Made by a program: the position numbers and the translations under genes. Below are positions 1 to 12,238 of a stretch of 64,000 nt of DNA, in pieces. The stretch comes from Raja brachyura (taxonomy: Eukaryota). Within the stretch, counting starts at the first letter, position 1; the number at the start of each line of letters is the position of its first letter. The DNA is taken from assembly GCA_963514005.1 (NCBI GenBank), contig OY740781.1:160022001-160086000 (forward strand), written 5' to 3'. The notes beneath the pieces were generated by a model. It was given only the letters and a program-made list of their open reading frames with translations. It searched no databases and was not told the origin of the DNA.

Positions 1-999
1 GGATGCAGTCCTCCACACATTTCTTAATGAACTGAGATGCTGGTTTAAACTGAAGGTAGACGCAAAATGCCGGAGTAACTCAGCGGGACAGGCAGCATCT
101 CTGGTGAGAAGGAATAGGTGATGTTTTGGGTCAAGACCCTTCTTCAGACTGGATTCATGTTCAATATCCATGTTCAAGCTCACCCCCTTGCCCTGCAAGT
201 CGAACTCTCTTCCTTTTGAGACCACAACAGCCTACTTGCAACCTTGCCGTCATATTTAGTTTCCAGATCGAATATTTGTTTATTTCACCTTCATAACATT
301 ATTCGGCATCTTCCACATTGTTGAAACCATTATCCATTTGTTATGTGTAAGAAGGAACTGCAGATGCTGGTTTAAACTGAAGATAGGCACAAAAAGCTGG
401 AGTGACTTAACGGGACAAGCAGCATCTCTGGAGAGAAGGGTCTCGACCCGAAACATCACCCATTCCTTCTCTCCAGAGATGCTGCCGGTCCGGCTGAGTT
501 ACTCCAGCACTTTGTGTCTATCTTCGGTCCATCCATCTTTATATTTCCCCATTCTAGTCTACTTCAAGCTGACATTCTCAGTTCTGCACATGGGGTCACC
601 TAAAACACTTGCTAAGTGGCATCAAGATCCATCATCCCTGTGCTTACTAACTTACAAGGGCCCTCAGTTACCAGTATCTCCTGTGTAAGATGCGCATTGC
701 AATTTTTAATTCCCTCCCTATGGCTTTGTGTTTCCCTGGCTCTCGAACCTTTCCCAACTCTACAGCAACCTGAGATATTGTAGTGGCTCCAGTTCTGGCT
801 TCTTGATCTGTATTACTCTGAAAGAAATAAAACAGACCTGTACACAGAAACATAGAAATAGAAAATAGGTGGAGGAGGAGGCCATTTGGCCCTTCAAGCC
901 AGCACCGCCATTCATTTTTATCATGGCTGATCATCCACAATCAGTAACCCGTGGCCTGCCTTCTCCCCATATCCCTTGATTCTGCTAGCCCCTAGAGTT

Positions 1000-2015
1000 A
1001 ACCATATAACCTCATAACCATATAACAATTACAGCACGGAAACAGGCCTTCTCGGCCCTTCCAGCCCGTGCCGACCATTTATTTTCCCCTAGTCCCATCT
1101 ACCTGCACTCAGACCATACCCCTCCATTCCCTTCCCGTCCATATACCTATCCACTTTACTTTTAAATGTTAAAATCGATCCTGCCTCCGCCACTTCTGCG
1201 GGAAGATCATTCCACACAGCCACCACTCTCTGAGTAAAGAAGTTCCACCTCATGTTACCCCTAAACTTCTGTCCCTTAATTCTCATGTCATGCCCTCTTG
1301 TTTGAATCTTCCCTACCCTCAATGGGAAAAGCTTAGCCACGTCAACTCTGTCTATCCCTTTCATCATTTTAAAGACCTCAATCAAGTCCCCCCTTAACCT
1401 TCTGCGCTCCAAAGAATAAAGACCTAACTTGTTCAACCTTTCTCTGTAACTTAGTTGCTGGAACCCAGGCAACATTCTAGTAAACCTCCTCTGTACTCTC
1501 TCTATTTTGTTGACATCCTTCCTATAATTAGGCGACCAAAATTGTACACCATACTCCAGAATTGGTCTCACCAATGCCTTGTACAATTTTAACATTACTT
1601 CCCTACTCCTATATTCAATGTTCTGATTTATAAAGGCCAGCACACCAAAAGCTTTCTTTACCACCCTATCTACATGCGATTCAACCTTCAGGGAACTATG
1701 CACAGTTATTCCTAGATCCCTCTGTTCCACAGCATTCCTCAATTCCCTACCATTTACCATGTACTTCCTATTTTGATTTGTCCTGCCAAGATGTAGCACC
1801 TCACACTTATCAGCATTAAACTCCATCTGCCATCTTTCAGCCCACTCTTCCAAATGTCCCAAATCTCTCTGTAGACTTTGAATATCGACCTCATTATCCA
1901 CAGCACCACCTATCTTAGTATCATCTGCATACTTACTTATCCAATTTTCCACCCCATCATCTAGATCATTGATGTACATGAAAAACAACAGTAAACCCAA
2001 CACAGATCCCTGAGA
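1000..2015 (-). mobile_element. CR1 LINE 3' end, young (RT C-terminus intact)
   Basis: ORF 1089..2018: QGSVLGLLLF, YADDTK, LERRRLRGDLIEVFK, RGH, FFTQRVV; (TTATATGG)n tail. Confidence 0.93.
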
Positions 2016-4933
2016 CATAGAAACATACAGCAGAAGAACACGCCTTCAGGCCCACAATGTCTGCGCCGAACATGATGCCAAGGCAAAATCTTATCCTATT
2101 GCACATATGCCATATCCGTATATTCATTGCAAAATTGTACACCATACTCCAGAATTGGTCTTACCAATCAAGTTAATCAATTAACTCACAGTTATGGAGT
2201 GATCATACTTTTTAGTCGTAAAGAAGCAGTAGTCCGATTTAAAAGAAGGAAACATAAGCATGAATCAGTGCTCAGTGCTTTTCAAGTGTAAAGGTGACAA
2301 GCGATTATGATTAAAAGGCTTTGCTATTTATCTTTGTGAAGTCAGTGATAAGGTTAGGAGCTCAGACCGCAAACATGCAATAACATTGTTCATGGAATGT
2401 GGGTTTATAATTTTCTCAGTTGAGGGTACACTGCAGTTTTCGATGCTTTCAGGTGTGTTTCAGATTGATGGCTGTCTCCACATTGTCACCTTCCCCTCGG
2501 CTAACAGTGAACTGTTCTACATTCCCTCAACCGCTTTGATCGCTCGTTTTCGCACCTTACCCTTCCATATCTCTAGTCTCCCTTTCTCCTGACTCTCAGT
2601 CTGAAGAAGGGTCTCGACCTGAAACATCACCAATTCCTTCTCTCCAGAGATGATGCCTGTCCCGCTGAGTTACTCCAGCATTTTGGTATTCCTACTTCAG
2701 CATTAAAGGATGTTCCTTCGGGAAGGAGATGAGCAGGAATTTATTTAGGCAGAGGGTGGAATTCATTGCCACAGAAGGCTGTGGAGGCCTAGTCAATGGA
2801 TATTTCTACGGCAGAGATAGTGTAGATAGATTCTTGATTAATAAGGGTGACAGGGGTTATGGGGAGAAGGCAGGAGAATGGGGTTAGGAGGGAGAGATAG
2901 ATCAGCCATGATTGATTGGGGGAGTAGACTGGATGGGCAGAATGGGTCCAATTCTGCTCCGAGAACCTATGACCTTATGATCGTAATCGAAGGAGCAGAG
3001 ACCAGACTCCTTGCCTGGGTGAGTTTGCACCTTGACTGCATCTTGCTGTCCCTCTGTACATTCATTTCAGGCAGCTTCTGCATTCTGTGATGCACCCTCA
3101 GTGTGGCCCATCAACTGCTTGGCTTCCGGCAAAGGGAGTCTGGAACCTGGTCACCAGTAGCCAGTGGTAGACACAAAATGCTGGGGCAACTCAGCGGGAC
3201 AGGCAGCATTATATAGTCATTCATGTGCTGCACCTGTTGATGACAGCCTGGCTCTATTGTGGAATGTAATTAGGTATGTAATTTAGCCTAACCTTATTCA
3301 TACCTAATCCAATTTAAAGCATAAATGGTGCATTCAAGTGTAAGTTAAAAGACTCGCTACAGTATGCACCAGATTGCATAATTTCAAGCTGAAAAATGTA
3401 AAAGCTCCTTACCGTGGGAGGTTTTCCACGCAGCTATTATTCAGAACATTGGCACAAAAGCATTCCCGCTTTTTCAAGTGGGTTAGCTCCAGCTGCCCTG
3501 GAGAAATACTCCAGCATTTTGTTATTCCTACCTCAGAATTAAAGGATGTTCCTCCAGGAAGGAGATGAGCAGGAATTTTTTTAGGCAGAGGGTGGAATTC
3601 ATTGCCACAGAAAGCTGTGGAGGCCTAGTCAATGGATATTTATACGGCAGAGATAGTGTAGATGGACACTTGATTAGTACGGGTGACTCCTTGCCTGGGT
3701 GAGTTTGCACCTTTAGTGCATCTTGCTGTCCCTCCGTACATTCATTTCAGGCAGATTCTGCATTCTGTGATGCACCCTCAGGGTGGCCCATCAACTGCTG
3801 GGCTTCTGGCAAAGGGAGTCTGAAACCAGTGGTAGACACAAAATGCTGGGGTAACTCAGCGGGACAGGCAGCATCTCTGGAGAGAAGGAATGGGTGACTT
3901 TTCGGGTCGAGGCCCTTCTTCAGTTTAAACCAGCATCTGCAGTTCCTTCCTACACACTCCTGTACCCAGAGTCAGGTGGCAGGCATTCACTAATGTGAGA
4001 GTGGTCTGAAGGGTGGGAGAGGCCAAGCCACTGGCAATGAATGGAGGGAAGAGGGGGGAGGGGTCTGGAGTCTGATGGAACAGCCGAGGACATATTTGAG
4101 ACCAGGGCAATCCCACAGTCCTGTACCCGGACCTCCCCATATACAATGCGGACACCCAACCTATCTGATCCACTCTGCCAGATAAGTAGACTAGCCAATC
4201 TTGCATCTACCATGAATGGCAGAGCAGACTTGATGGGCCAAATGGACTAATTCTGCTCCTGTAATTTATGATACGTCAGCCCATGTAGAAGCAAGGATTG
4301 TGGAAGAACAGCGGACAGGTGGTAAGGGGTTGGGGAACGGAAACGGACGTGGATATCTTCTCTCCCACTTCCCGACTGCAGGGGCCAAAAGAAACGGGTC
4401 AATCTGGGTAAAATGGAACAGGTTGGAATCCTATTCTCCGAACAGCGGATCTGATTTTCTTGTTTAAATTGACAGAACCGTTGAATGAATGAAAATCCAA
4501 ATTGCCATTGAATTCAGAGTCCCTCAAATGAAGAAGAAACTTGGCACGGATGAGAATGTCATTGGCCTTTGTGTTACTTCCTTTAGAATTGCAAGGGAAG
4601 GGAATCTAACAAAGAGGTACAAACTGCTGCTGGAAGGCACGGGCTGGAAATGTGCCCAGGCTGTGGCACAAAGGGAGCAGATCGCAAAAGTATTTCATCT
4701 TGTTTGAAAATGGTTTTGTATTTGTGTTTTTTGCATTTGCCTTGTGGTGCTTCTGTGCAAAAATCTGTGTTTATGCGATTGCAACTACAAACTGCATGAA
4801 GTTGCACCTACGTAATATCTTTAAGACAGGAAACATGCTTTATGGAGAATCATTGGGTTGCTGTTGCTGCAAGACCTGGATGGATCCGGAATAGTGTTTG
4901 AAAGCTTGGTCAAAGACTCGGGCAGTGGTAAAA

Positions 4934-5124
4934 GAAAGGAAAAGACGTGCATTTACTGAGCACTTAACATGACCAAGACCTCCCAAAGCCAGTGAAGTAC
5001 TTTGTAGTCACTGTTGTATAGGCAGGCAGCTGCTAATTTGCATGCAGTACGGACTCATAAATAGCAAGGTGATAATGGCCAGATCATCCTTGCTTCATTG
5101 TGTGAGCTGACGGGGATATATATC
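4934..5124 (-). mobile_element. Ancient Deu-SINE (SacSINE1/AmnSINE1-like) 3' half
   Basis: tcccaaagc..agtgaagtacttt-gtagtcactgttgta...gcagc...aatttgc...agcaa.gtgataatg.ccagat matches the reverse complement of the recalled SacSINE1/AmnSINE1 3' region. Confidence 0.6.
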
Positions 5125-5290
5125 AAACTTAAATATATATATATAAAACTTAAAGGCAGTGAAGCAGGTACAGAAAGAGAAAAAAATACTGCGAGGTGAT
5201 GCAGGAGAAAGTAGCGAGGTCAAAGATAGGAACCTAGAAGGAGATACAATTGTCAAATGTGGCAATGTTATGTGACAATGTTATGTGTAA

Positions 5291-5779
5291 AGGGCCTGTC
5301 CTACCAGCATCCAACTCCATGCGATGAGCGCGATCAAACTAGAAGCGGGGGCCGCGCGGAGGTCAGGTGAGTGACGCAACGCGGCGCAAAGAGAGGCGAA
5401 CTTGGAGCGAAGTCTTAAAGGTAAGTTCGCCAGGACAGAGAGGGGCACACAGAGAGGGGCACAGAGGCACACACACAGAGGGCCGCGGAGCCACACACAC
5501 ACAGAGTCACGGAGGCACCTACAGAGAGGGTCACGGAGGCACGACGTCGAGGCGGTGTGTAATGCGTCGAGGCGACTGCGAGCCGACAAGCCGTTGCCGC
5601 GCGGAATTTTTTTACATAGTCAGTTTTTCGGAGCCCAGCGCGATGTCGGGACGAACTCTGCACAATTCCGCACGGCTCCGCCGATCGAAATGGGACCGGC
5701 CCCGCGACGCCGTACGGCTCAAGCGACCACGTTAGGTCGCGCTCATCGCATGGAGTTGCATGCTGGTGGGACAGGCCCT
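5291..5779. mobile_element. PIF/Harbinger-type MITE
   Basis: ~45-bp TIR AGGGCCTGTCC(T/C)ACCAGCAT...; TAA TSD at 5288-5290 / 5780-5782. Confidence 0.88.
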
Positions 5780-6445
5780 TAAAGGGCAAAGATACTGCCT
5801 GAGGTGCTGGTGCAGAGCAGGAGTGCTATGGAACTGAAAGGGCAGCTTTCTTAGAGTGATATGATGAAGCATTGTTGATGGGGTCTGCCCTAATTATCCA
5901 TGATAGACTTCTCAGTCATGATAGACTACGTCTGTTCATTCTTCCATATCTCTTCTGGGTTCTCAGGGGCAACATTGCTGAGATTCAGATCCAGAGACCG
6001 TTTCTCATGATTCTGGTATCAGGCAACTGAACCATCCTACCACAACCAGAGAGCAGTGCTGAACTACTAGCTACCTCTTTGATGACCCTCGGACGATCCT
6101 TGATCGGACTTTGCTAACTTTACCTCGCACTAAACGCTATGCCCTTACACACTGTAAATGGCTGGATTGTCTTTCTACTGACTGGTTAGCACGCAGCAAA
6201 AGCTTTTCACTGTACCTCGGTACACGTGACAATAAGCTAAAGTGAAATTGACCAAAAATCCCCTGGAAAGTCAACCGTATGGTAGTTATTCCAGAATAGG
6301 GGAGACACGGGTGAGAGGGTGGTTTCAGATGAGATTTGCTCTGGAAAAGAAGGTTCTAGATTAAAATAAAGGCAGTAAGCTTCTATCAAATGATATCTGT
6401 AACTTCCCAACCGGGACATGGTGAATCTTTGGTGTTACTCTTGTT

Positions 6446-7145
6446 AGAAACATAGAAACATAGAAAATAGGTGTGGGAGTAGGCCATTCGGCCCTTCGAG
6501 CCTGCACCGCCATTCAATATAATCATGGCTGATCATCCAACTCTGCATCCTGTACCTGCCTTCTCTCCATACCCCCTGATCTCTTTAGCCACAAGGGCCA
6601 CATCTAACTCCCTCTTAAATATAGCCAATGAACTGGCCTCAACTACCTTCTGTGGCAGAGAATTCCACAGATTCACCACTCTCTGTGTGAAAAATGATTT
6701 TCTCATCTCGGTCCTAAGAGACTTTCCTCTTATCCTTAAACTGTGACCCCTTGTTCCGGAGTTCCCCAACATCGGCAACAATCTTCCTGCATCTAGCCTG
6801 TCCAACCCCTTAAGAATTTTGTAAGTCTCTATGAGATCCCCCCTCAATCTTCTAAATTCCAGCGAGTACAAGCTGAGTCTATCCAGTCTTTCTTCATATG
6901 GAAGTCCTGCCATCCCAGGAATCAGTCTGGTGAACCTGGTAAAAGATCCAGGAATCGTGGACGATGTGGAGACCATGTCAATGGATATTTTTAAGGCAGA
7001 GATAGATTCTTGATTAGTACGGGTGTCAGGGGTCATGGGGAGAAGGCAGGAGAATGGGGTTAGGAGGGAGAGATAGATCATCCATGATAGAATGGTGGAG
7101 TAGACTTGATGGGCCGAATGGCCTAATTCTGCTCCTATCACTTCT
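6446..7145. mobile_element. Two opposed CR1 3' fragments
   Basis: Minus: RFTRLIPGMAGLPYEERL...FFTQRVVNLWNSLP with (agaaacat)n tail; plus-strand CR1 tail from ~6975. Confidence 0.85.
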
Positions 7146-7559
7146 GAACATGAACATATTTGCTTTGGTACTATTGATCATCTCTTCACATGATGTGGTG
7201 TGTGTGATAACTAAAATATTGCAGAGGATGCAGCGATGATTGAGAGAGGGGCTGAAGATGCGTGGCAACACTAAATAATTTCACATTCCTGTGCCCAGAA
7301 AGGGCGGGAGAGGGATTCTTCCTGATTCTCTCGGGTTTCTCTCCATATGGGATGAGTATGTGTGCAATACAAAGTCAAACACTTGCAAATGGTGAAGCGT
7401 CACATTTTATTCTTATTCTTCGGTGACCGGCTGAATTTAAAGAGGGGCCATCCTTTTGTCTTGGAGCCAGTTTACCCGTCTATAGACAGACAAACACTGT
7501 TTACTTGGCTTTCTTCTCAGTTGTTTGCTTATGGAAAAGAGGGGTGTGAGCTAGTCCCA

Positions 7560-7665
7560 TTCAAAGAAAGAGGCCCTCCCGACTAGAGCTAATAACCAAT
7601 AACCTCGTCTGATGTGATCATTAACCTTGTTAGTAAAAGCAGCAGCTCTTGTCCGCTCAGTTCGA
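7560..7665 (+). promoter_or_regulatory. Putative apela core promoter
   Basis: TCF/LEF-like TTCAAAG 7560-7566, CCAAT 7596-7600, HNF1-like TGTGATCATTAAC ~7612-7624, TATA-like TAGTAAAA 7631-7638 and Inr-like TCAGTTC ~7657-7663 at suitable spacing; no ATG between here and 7801. Motif-level evidence only. Confidence 0.45.
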
Positions 7666-7800
7666 GGAGCTTGGCACTAGAGTGTGACACCGTTGGCCAA
7701 ACCTGGGGCTTTCCTCTCAACTGGCGGCGCTGTGAATTTAATCCTGTGTTCTGCCTTCGTCAGCTCAAACTCCCTACTGTTTGAAAAAAAATAATTCAAG

Positions 7801-7876
7801 ATGAGATTCCAGCACCTCTTGCACATTATTCTCATTGTGTGTACAGGTTTCCTGTTGATCAGCGGGCAGAAACCAG
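7801..7876 (+). CDS. apela: apela (ELABELA/Toddler, apelin receptor ligand) coding exon 1: signal peptide MRFQHLLHIILIVCTGFLLISG + QKP
   Basis: ATG at 7801 with A at -3; translates MRFQHLLHIILIVCTGFLLISGQKP(G), similar to human MRFQQFLFAFFIFIMSLLLISGQRP; phase-1 donor CCAG|GTAAGC at 7877. Confidence 0.96.
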
Positions 7877-8370
7877 GTAAGCCGTTCAAATAGTTTTTAA
7901 TCCAAGGCCGCTGAGTCTAGAGCAGTCCTGTATCATTCCTCTACAGCCTTTGTAAGGTGTGCTGTGTTTTGTCTAGGTCAAGTCATTCGAAGTGTAACTG
8001 GAGTGAATTGTATTGCAATACCTAGTTTATAAAACTCGCTGGGACTTAAGGGAGTCCACGTGCAATGTTTACCACAGTTACGCTTTGAGAAAACAATTGT
8101 TTAGTCATTAAAATCTTTGCACATCTGCAGAGCTCAAAAGTTAGAAAAATCACCTCTAACGGTGTCTTTGAGAAATTGTGACAGAGGTTTAGTTGGCTGA
8201 ACAGGTGCACTAGTCACCTCTTCAAGCTAACTCGGAAGGAACTTCAAAAAGCCACAATGCAAATTTAACACTTCTCGTTACAGAATTCCTGAGTTCCCTG
8301 CTTCGGAGAATGTCAAATCAATTTCATATCAGATGGCAAACAACCAATTTGATTCAATTCTTACTTTCAG

Positions 8371-8456
8371 GTAAAAAATGGAAAAGAAAACTGCAAAGGC
8401 ACAATTGTTTGCAAAGAAGATGTATGCCTCTCCACTCCAGAGTTCCCTTTCCTTGA
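8371..8456 (+). CDS. apela: apela coding exon 2: (G)KKWKRKLQRHNCLQRRCMPLHSRVPFP*
   Basis: Acceptor ttactttcag at 8361-8370 with phase matching exon 1; the last 18 residues HNCLQRRCMPLHSRVPFP equal the human ELABELA C-terminus; TGA at 8454-8456; likely donor G|GTTTGT at 8458. Confidence 0.97.
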
Positions 8457-9986
8457 GGTTTGTAATTGTAAGGTCAATTGTATTGCTTGCAACTGATCAA
8501 ACATCACTGTTTATTGTATGTATTATGGTACTGAAATATGTACAAAAGAACTGCAGATGCTGGTTTAAATCGAAGGTAGACACAAAATGCTGGAGTTACA
8601 AAATGCTGGAGCTGTGAGTTGTGGAATTCTCTGCCATGAGAGTGGTGGAGGCCGGTTCTCTGGATACTTTCAAGAGAGAGCTAGATAGGGCTCGTAAAGA
8701 TAGCGGAGTCAGGGGGTATGGGGAGAAGGCAGGAACGGGGTACTGATTGGGGATGATCAGCCACGATCACTTTGAATGGCGGTGCTGGCTAGAAGGGCCG
8801 AATGGCCTACTCCTGCACCTATTGTCTATTGTAACTCAGCGGGTGAGGCAGCATCTCTGGAGAAAAAGGAATAAGCGACATTTCAGGTCGAGACCTTTCT
8901 TCAGATGGGATTCGAATAACTAGTTGTGCACGTAGCAGGCAAAGCAAGTTGCATGTAGGTTGGTTAGTCGTTTGCAATCTCAGAGTTTCATGGTTTTGCT
9001 TTTTTTCTGTTCCAATTCTGCCTTGCCCAGATTCATTGAGTTACTCCAGCATTTTTATGTTTATCTTCGGTATAAACCAGCATCAGCAGTTCCTTCCGAC
9101 ACGGAACAGATTCATTAGACGTTTTTACATTTACTGTCAATTTGAGCTACTGTATTCCCAAAACGCAAACCAATACTCTTGCCCAGAATCAGGGAATCGA
9201 GGACCAGAGGATATGGGTTCAAGGTGAAGGGGAAAGGGTTTAATAGGAATCTGAGGAGTAACCTTTTCACACAAAGGGTGGTGGGTGTATGGAACAAGCT
9301 GCCAGAGGAGGTAGTTGAGGCTGGGACTACCCCAAATTTTCAGAAAGAGTTAGACAGGTACAAGGATAGGACAGGTTTGGAGGGATATTGACCAAGAACA
9401 GGCAAGTGGGACTAGTGTAGCTGGGACACGTTGGCCTGGTGTGGGCAAGTTGGGCCGAAGGGCCTGTTTCCACGCTGCATCACTCTATGACTCTAATATA
9501 AACCTACATTGAAATGATGTGTGGATAATCATCTCCCACCAACAGCCATTACACCTATTTATTCTGAAGGTGTTTTTGTGACAATGACTAACTGTGCTAC
9601 CCACTACAGCACAGAGGGGGAATGGCAGCTCAGTGGCACAGTGTGTAAAGTTGCTGTCTCACAGTGCCAGAGTTCAATCCTGACGTTCGGTGCTGCCTGT
9701 GTGGAGTCTGCACGTTCTCCCTGTGACCGCGTGGGTTTCCTGCCTGTGCTTTGGTTTCCTCCCACATCCCAAAGATGTGCAGGCTTATAGGTTAATTGGC
9801 CCCCGTGCAATTGTCCCTATTGTGTCGGGCATGGGTAAGATGGCGGAATAACTTATTATAATATGTGACTAGTGTGACAGATGATTGATGGGACTCAATG
9901 GGCTGAAGGGCCTCAAGCAAGTAGTCATCTCACGGACAGAAGAGAGAGCAGATTCTGTGGGAGCGCTGGAGGAAGTCAGCGTGTAA

Positions 9987-10152
9987 AGGGCCTGTCCCAC
10001 TTTGCCGTCGCTTGCTCGTCACGCAGATGGCGCTCGAAGATTTTGTACATCACAAAATCCTGCGACGCAGCGCCAATGTCATTGCGCACCACGCACGTGT
10101 CACGACGCGTAAATGATGACGCGTAAATTACGTGCCAAGTGGGACAGACCCT
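9987..10152. mobile_element. PIF/Harbinger-type MITE
   Basis: AGGGCCTGTCCCACTT...AAGTGGGACAGACCCT; TAA on both sides. Confidence 0.82.
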
Positions 10153-10977
10153 TAAAGGCAACATCTGTGGAAGGAGGTGGACAGACAACGTTTCGAGTCT
10201 AGGCGTTTCTTCAAGACGAGTAGAGGGGAGAGAGCAGATAGAAAGATGTGGTCTGTTCATTTCTCTCCACAGATGCTGCCTGACTCAGAGTTCCTCCCGA
10301 GGTTTGTGTAAGAAGGAACTGCAGTTGCTGGGTTCAACCAAAGATACACACAAAATGCTGGAGTAACTCAGTGGGACAGGCAGCATCTCTGGAGAGAAGG
10401 AATGGGCGACGTTTTGGGTCGAGACCCTTCAATTGTCAGATTAGTTATGACTTCCAATGTAATGTAATAAATGCATAGTCACAGAAGCAGGCCCTTCAGC
10501 CCACTTTGACCATGCCAGCCATCAAATAGCTATCAATACTGTTTCCATTTTCCAGTATTCGGCCCATAACCCAGATACTTAAAAGTTATGAAAGCACTGC
10601 TGCCCCACTATCTCTTCAGGCAGTACTTTTTAGATTTCAACCATTTCCTGGGTGAACATATTATTTCCCTAGTCCACGCAAATTCTTCTACCTCTTAAAA
10701 TAAATCAGTGTCCTTTGGCCTCTGCTAACAGGATTGGCTTCTCGCTACCTCCCCTATCTGGACCTCTATATCTTCGTCAGTCTATCTGCCCAACATATCC
10801 ATTCTATCTTCAAACCCGGAACCAAAATGACGAATCTCTTCTGCACCTTCTCCAGTGCATTTGTATCCTTCAGACCACAAAGCAAACTGCTGGAAGAACT
10901 CCGTCTGAGGAAGGTAGACACAAAATGCTGGAATAACTCAGCGGGTGAGGCAGCATCTCAGAGGAGAAGGAATGGGC

Positions 10978-11005
10978 GACGTTTCGGGTCAAGACCCTTC
11001 TTCAG
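10978..11005 (-). ncRNA. Minimal hammerhead ribozyme core (Penelope-derived unit)
   Basis: CTGAAGA AGGGTC TT GACCC GAAAC GTC on minus; an opposite-strand partner core is at 11117-11144. Confidence 0.7.
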
Positions 11006-11641
11006 ACTGATGTTAGGAGAGGGGGCGGAATGTAGGCAGAGGCAGTAAGACTAGTGGGAGAACTGGGAAGGGGAAGGGGATGGGGAGAGAAAACATGGAC
11101 TCTGTGACAGTTCCGCCTGAAGAAGGGTCTCGACCCGAAACGTTACCTGTCCAGAGATGCTGCCTGTCCCGCTGAGCTGCTCCAGCATTTTTAGTCTATG
11201 CTGGAAGAACTCAGAGGGTCAGGCAGAAGGAAATGGACAGATTGGGTTTGGACCCTTCTTCAGACTGATCGATTGCAGCTCAAATAACATCTTAAGCAGT
11301 TGTGCAATAACTTCCATACATTTATATTCTATGCCCTACCTAATGAAGACAGGGCATAGAATTATTAATGGAGTCTTGTATGTCTTCTTACCCACCTTAT
11401 CGACCCATTCAGGAGCCCCTGGACATGGACCAAGGCTCCTCTGTACATCGTGGTGGCCTATCAATCAATGCCTGATTAGTCTTCTCAAAATGCATCATTT
11501 CAGGGTTTAATACCATCTAGTATGGTATGGCATGGAACTTTATTTGTGACCTGTTTCAAGGTACAGTGAAATTCATTTTTGTATACAGTTCAGCACAAGT
11601 ATCACTATACATAAGCATTTAGATACATGTTAGACGAGTAT

Positions 11642-12238
11642 AAAATTGTACAAGGCATTGGTGAGACCAATTCTGGAGTATGGTGTACAATTTTGGTCGC
11701 CTAATTATAGGAAGGATGTCAACAAAACAGAGAGAGTACAGAGGAGATTTACTAGAATGTTGCCTGGGTTCCAGCAACTAAGTTACAGAGAAAGGTTGAA
11801 CAAGTTAGGTCTTTATTCTTTGGAGCGCAGAAGGTTAAGGGGGGACTTGATTGAGGACTTTAAAATGATGAAAGGGATAGACAGAGTTGACGTGGATAAG
11901 CTTTTCCCATTGAGGGTAGGGAAGATTCAAACAAGAGGGCATGACATGAGAATTAAGGGACAGAAGTTTAGGGGTAACGTGAGGGGGAACTTCTTTACTC
12001 AGAGAGTGGTGGCTGTGTGGAATGAGCTTCCAGCAGAAGTGGTGGAGGCAGGATCGATTTTAACATTTAAAAGTAAAATGGATAGGTATATGGACGGGAA
12101 GGGAATGGAGGGGTATGGTCTGAGTGCAGGTAGATGGGACTAGGGGAAAATAAATGTTTGGCACGGACTGGAAGGGCCGAGAAGGCCTGTTTCCGTGCTG
12201 TAATTGTTATATGGTTATATGTTATATGGTTATATGGT
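11642..12238 (+). mobile_element. CR1 LINE 3' end, same young family as 1000-2015
   Basis: ORF 11646..12143 nearly identical in protein; same (TTATATGG)n tail. Confidence 0.93.

Noticed and set aside
1089-2018. 309-aa RT-like ORF as a host gene or active LINE
   Set aside because: 5'-truncated CR1 copy lacking the endonuclease and most of the RT.
4652-4894. Hydrophobic 80-aa ORF upstream of apela
   Set aside because: Non-ATG start, T-rich composition explains the hydrophobicity, no splice or homology support.
5281-5789. Overlapping 100-220-aa Arg-rich ORFs here and at 20825-21575
   Set aside because: They lie in GC-rich non-coding MITEs and have no transposase motifs.
8378-8617. 79-aa ORF MEKKTAKAQ... 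and the frame VKNGKENCKG... over apela exon 2
   Set aside because: Wrong frames; only the phase-1 frame matches ELABELA, and the ORF runs into a repeat.
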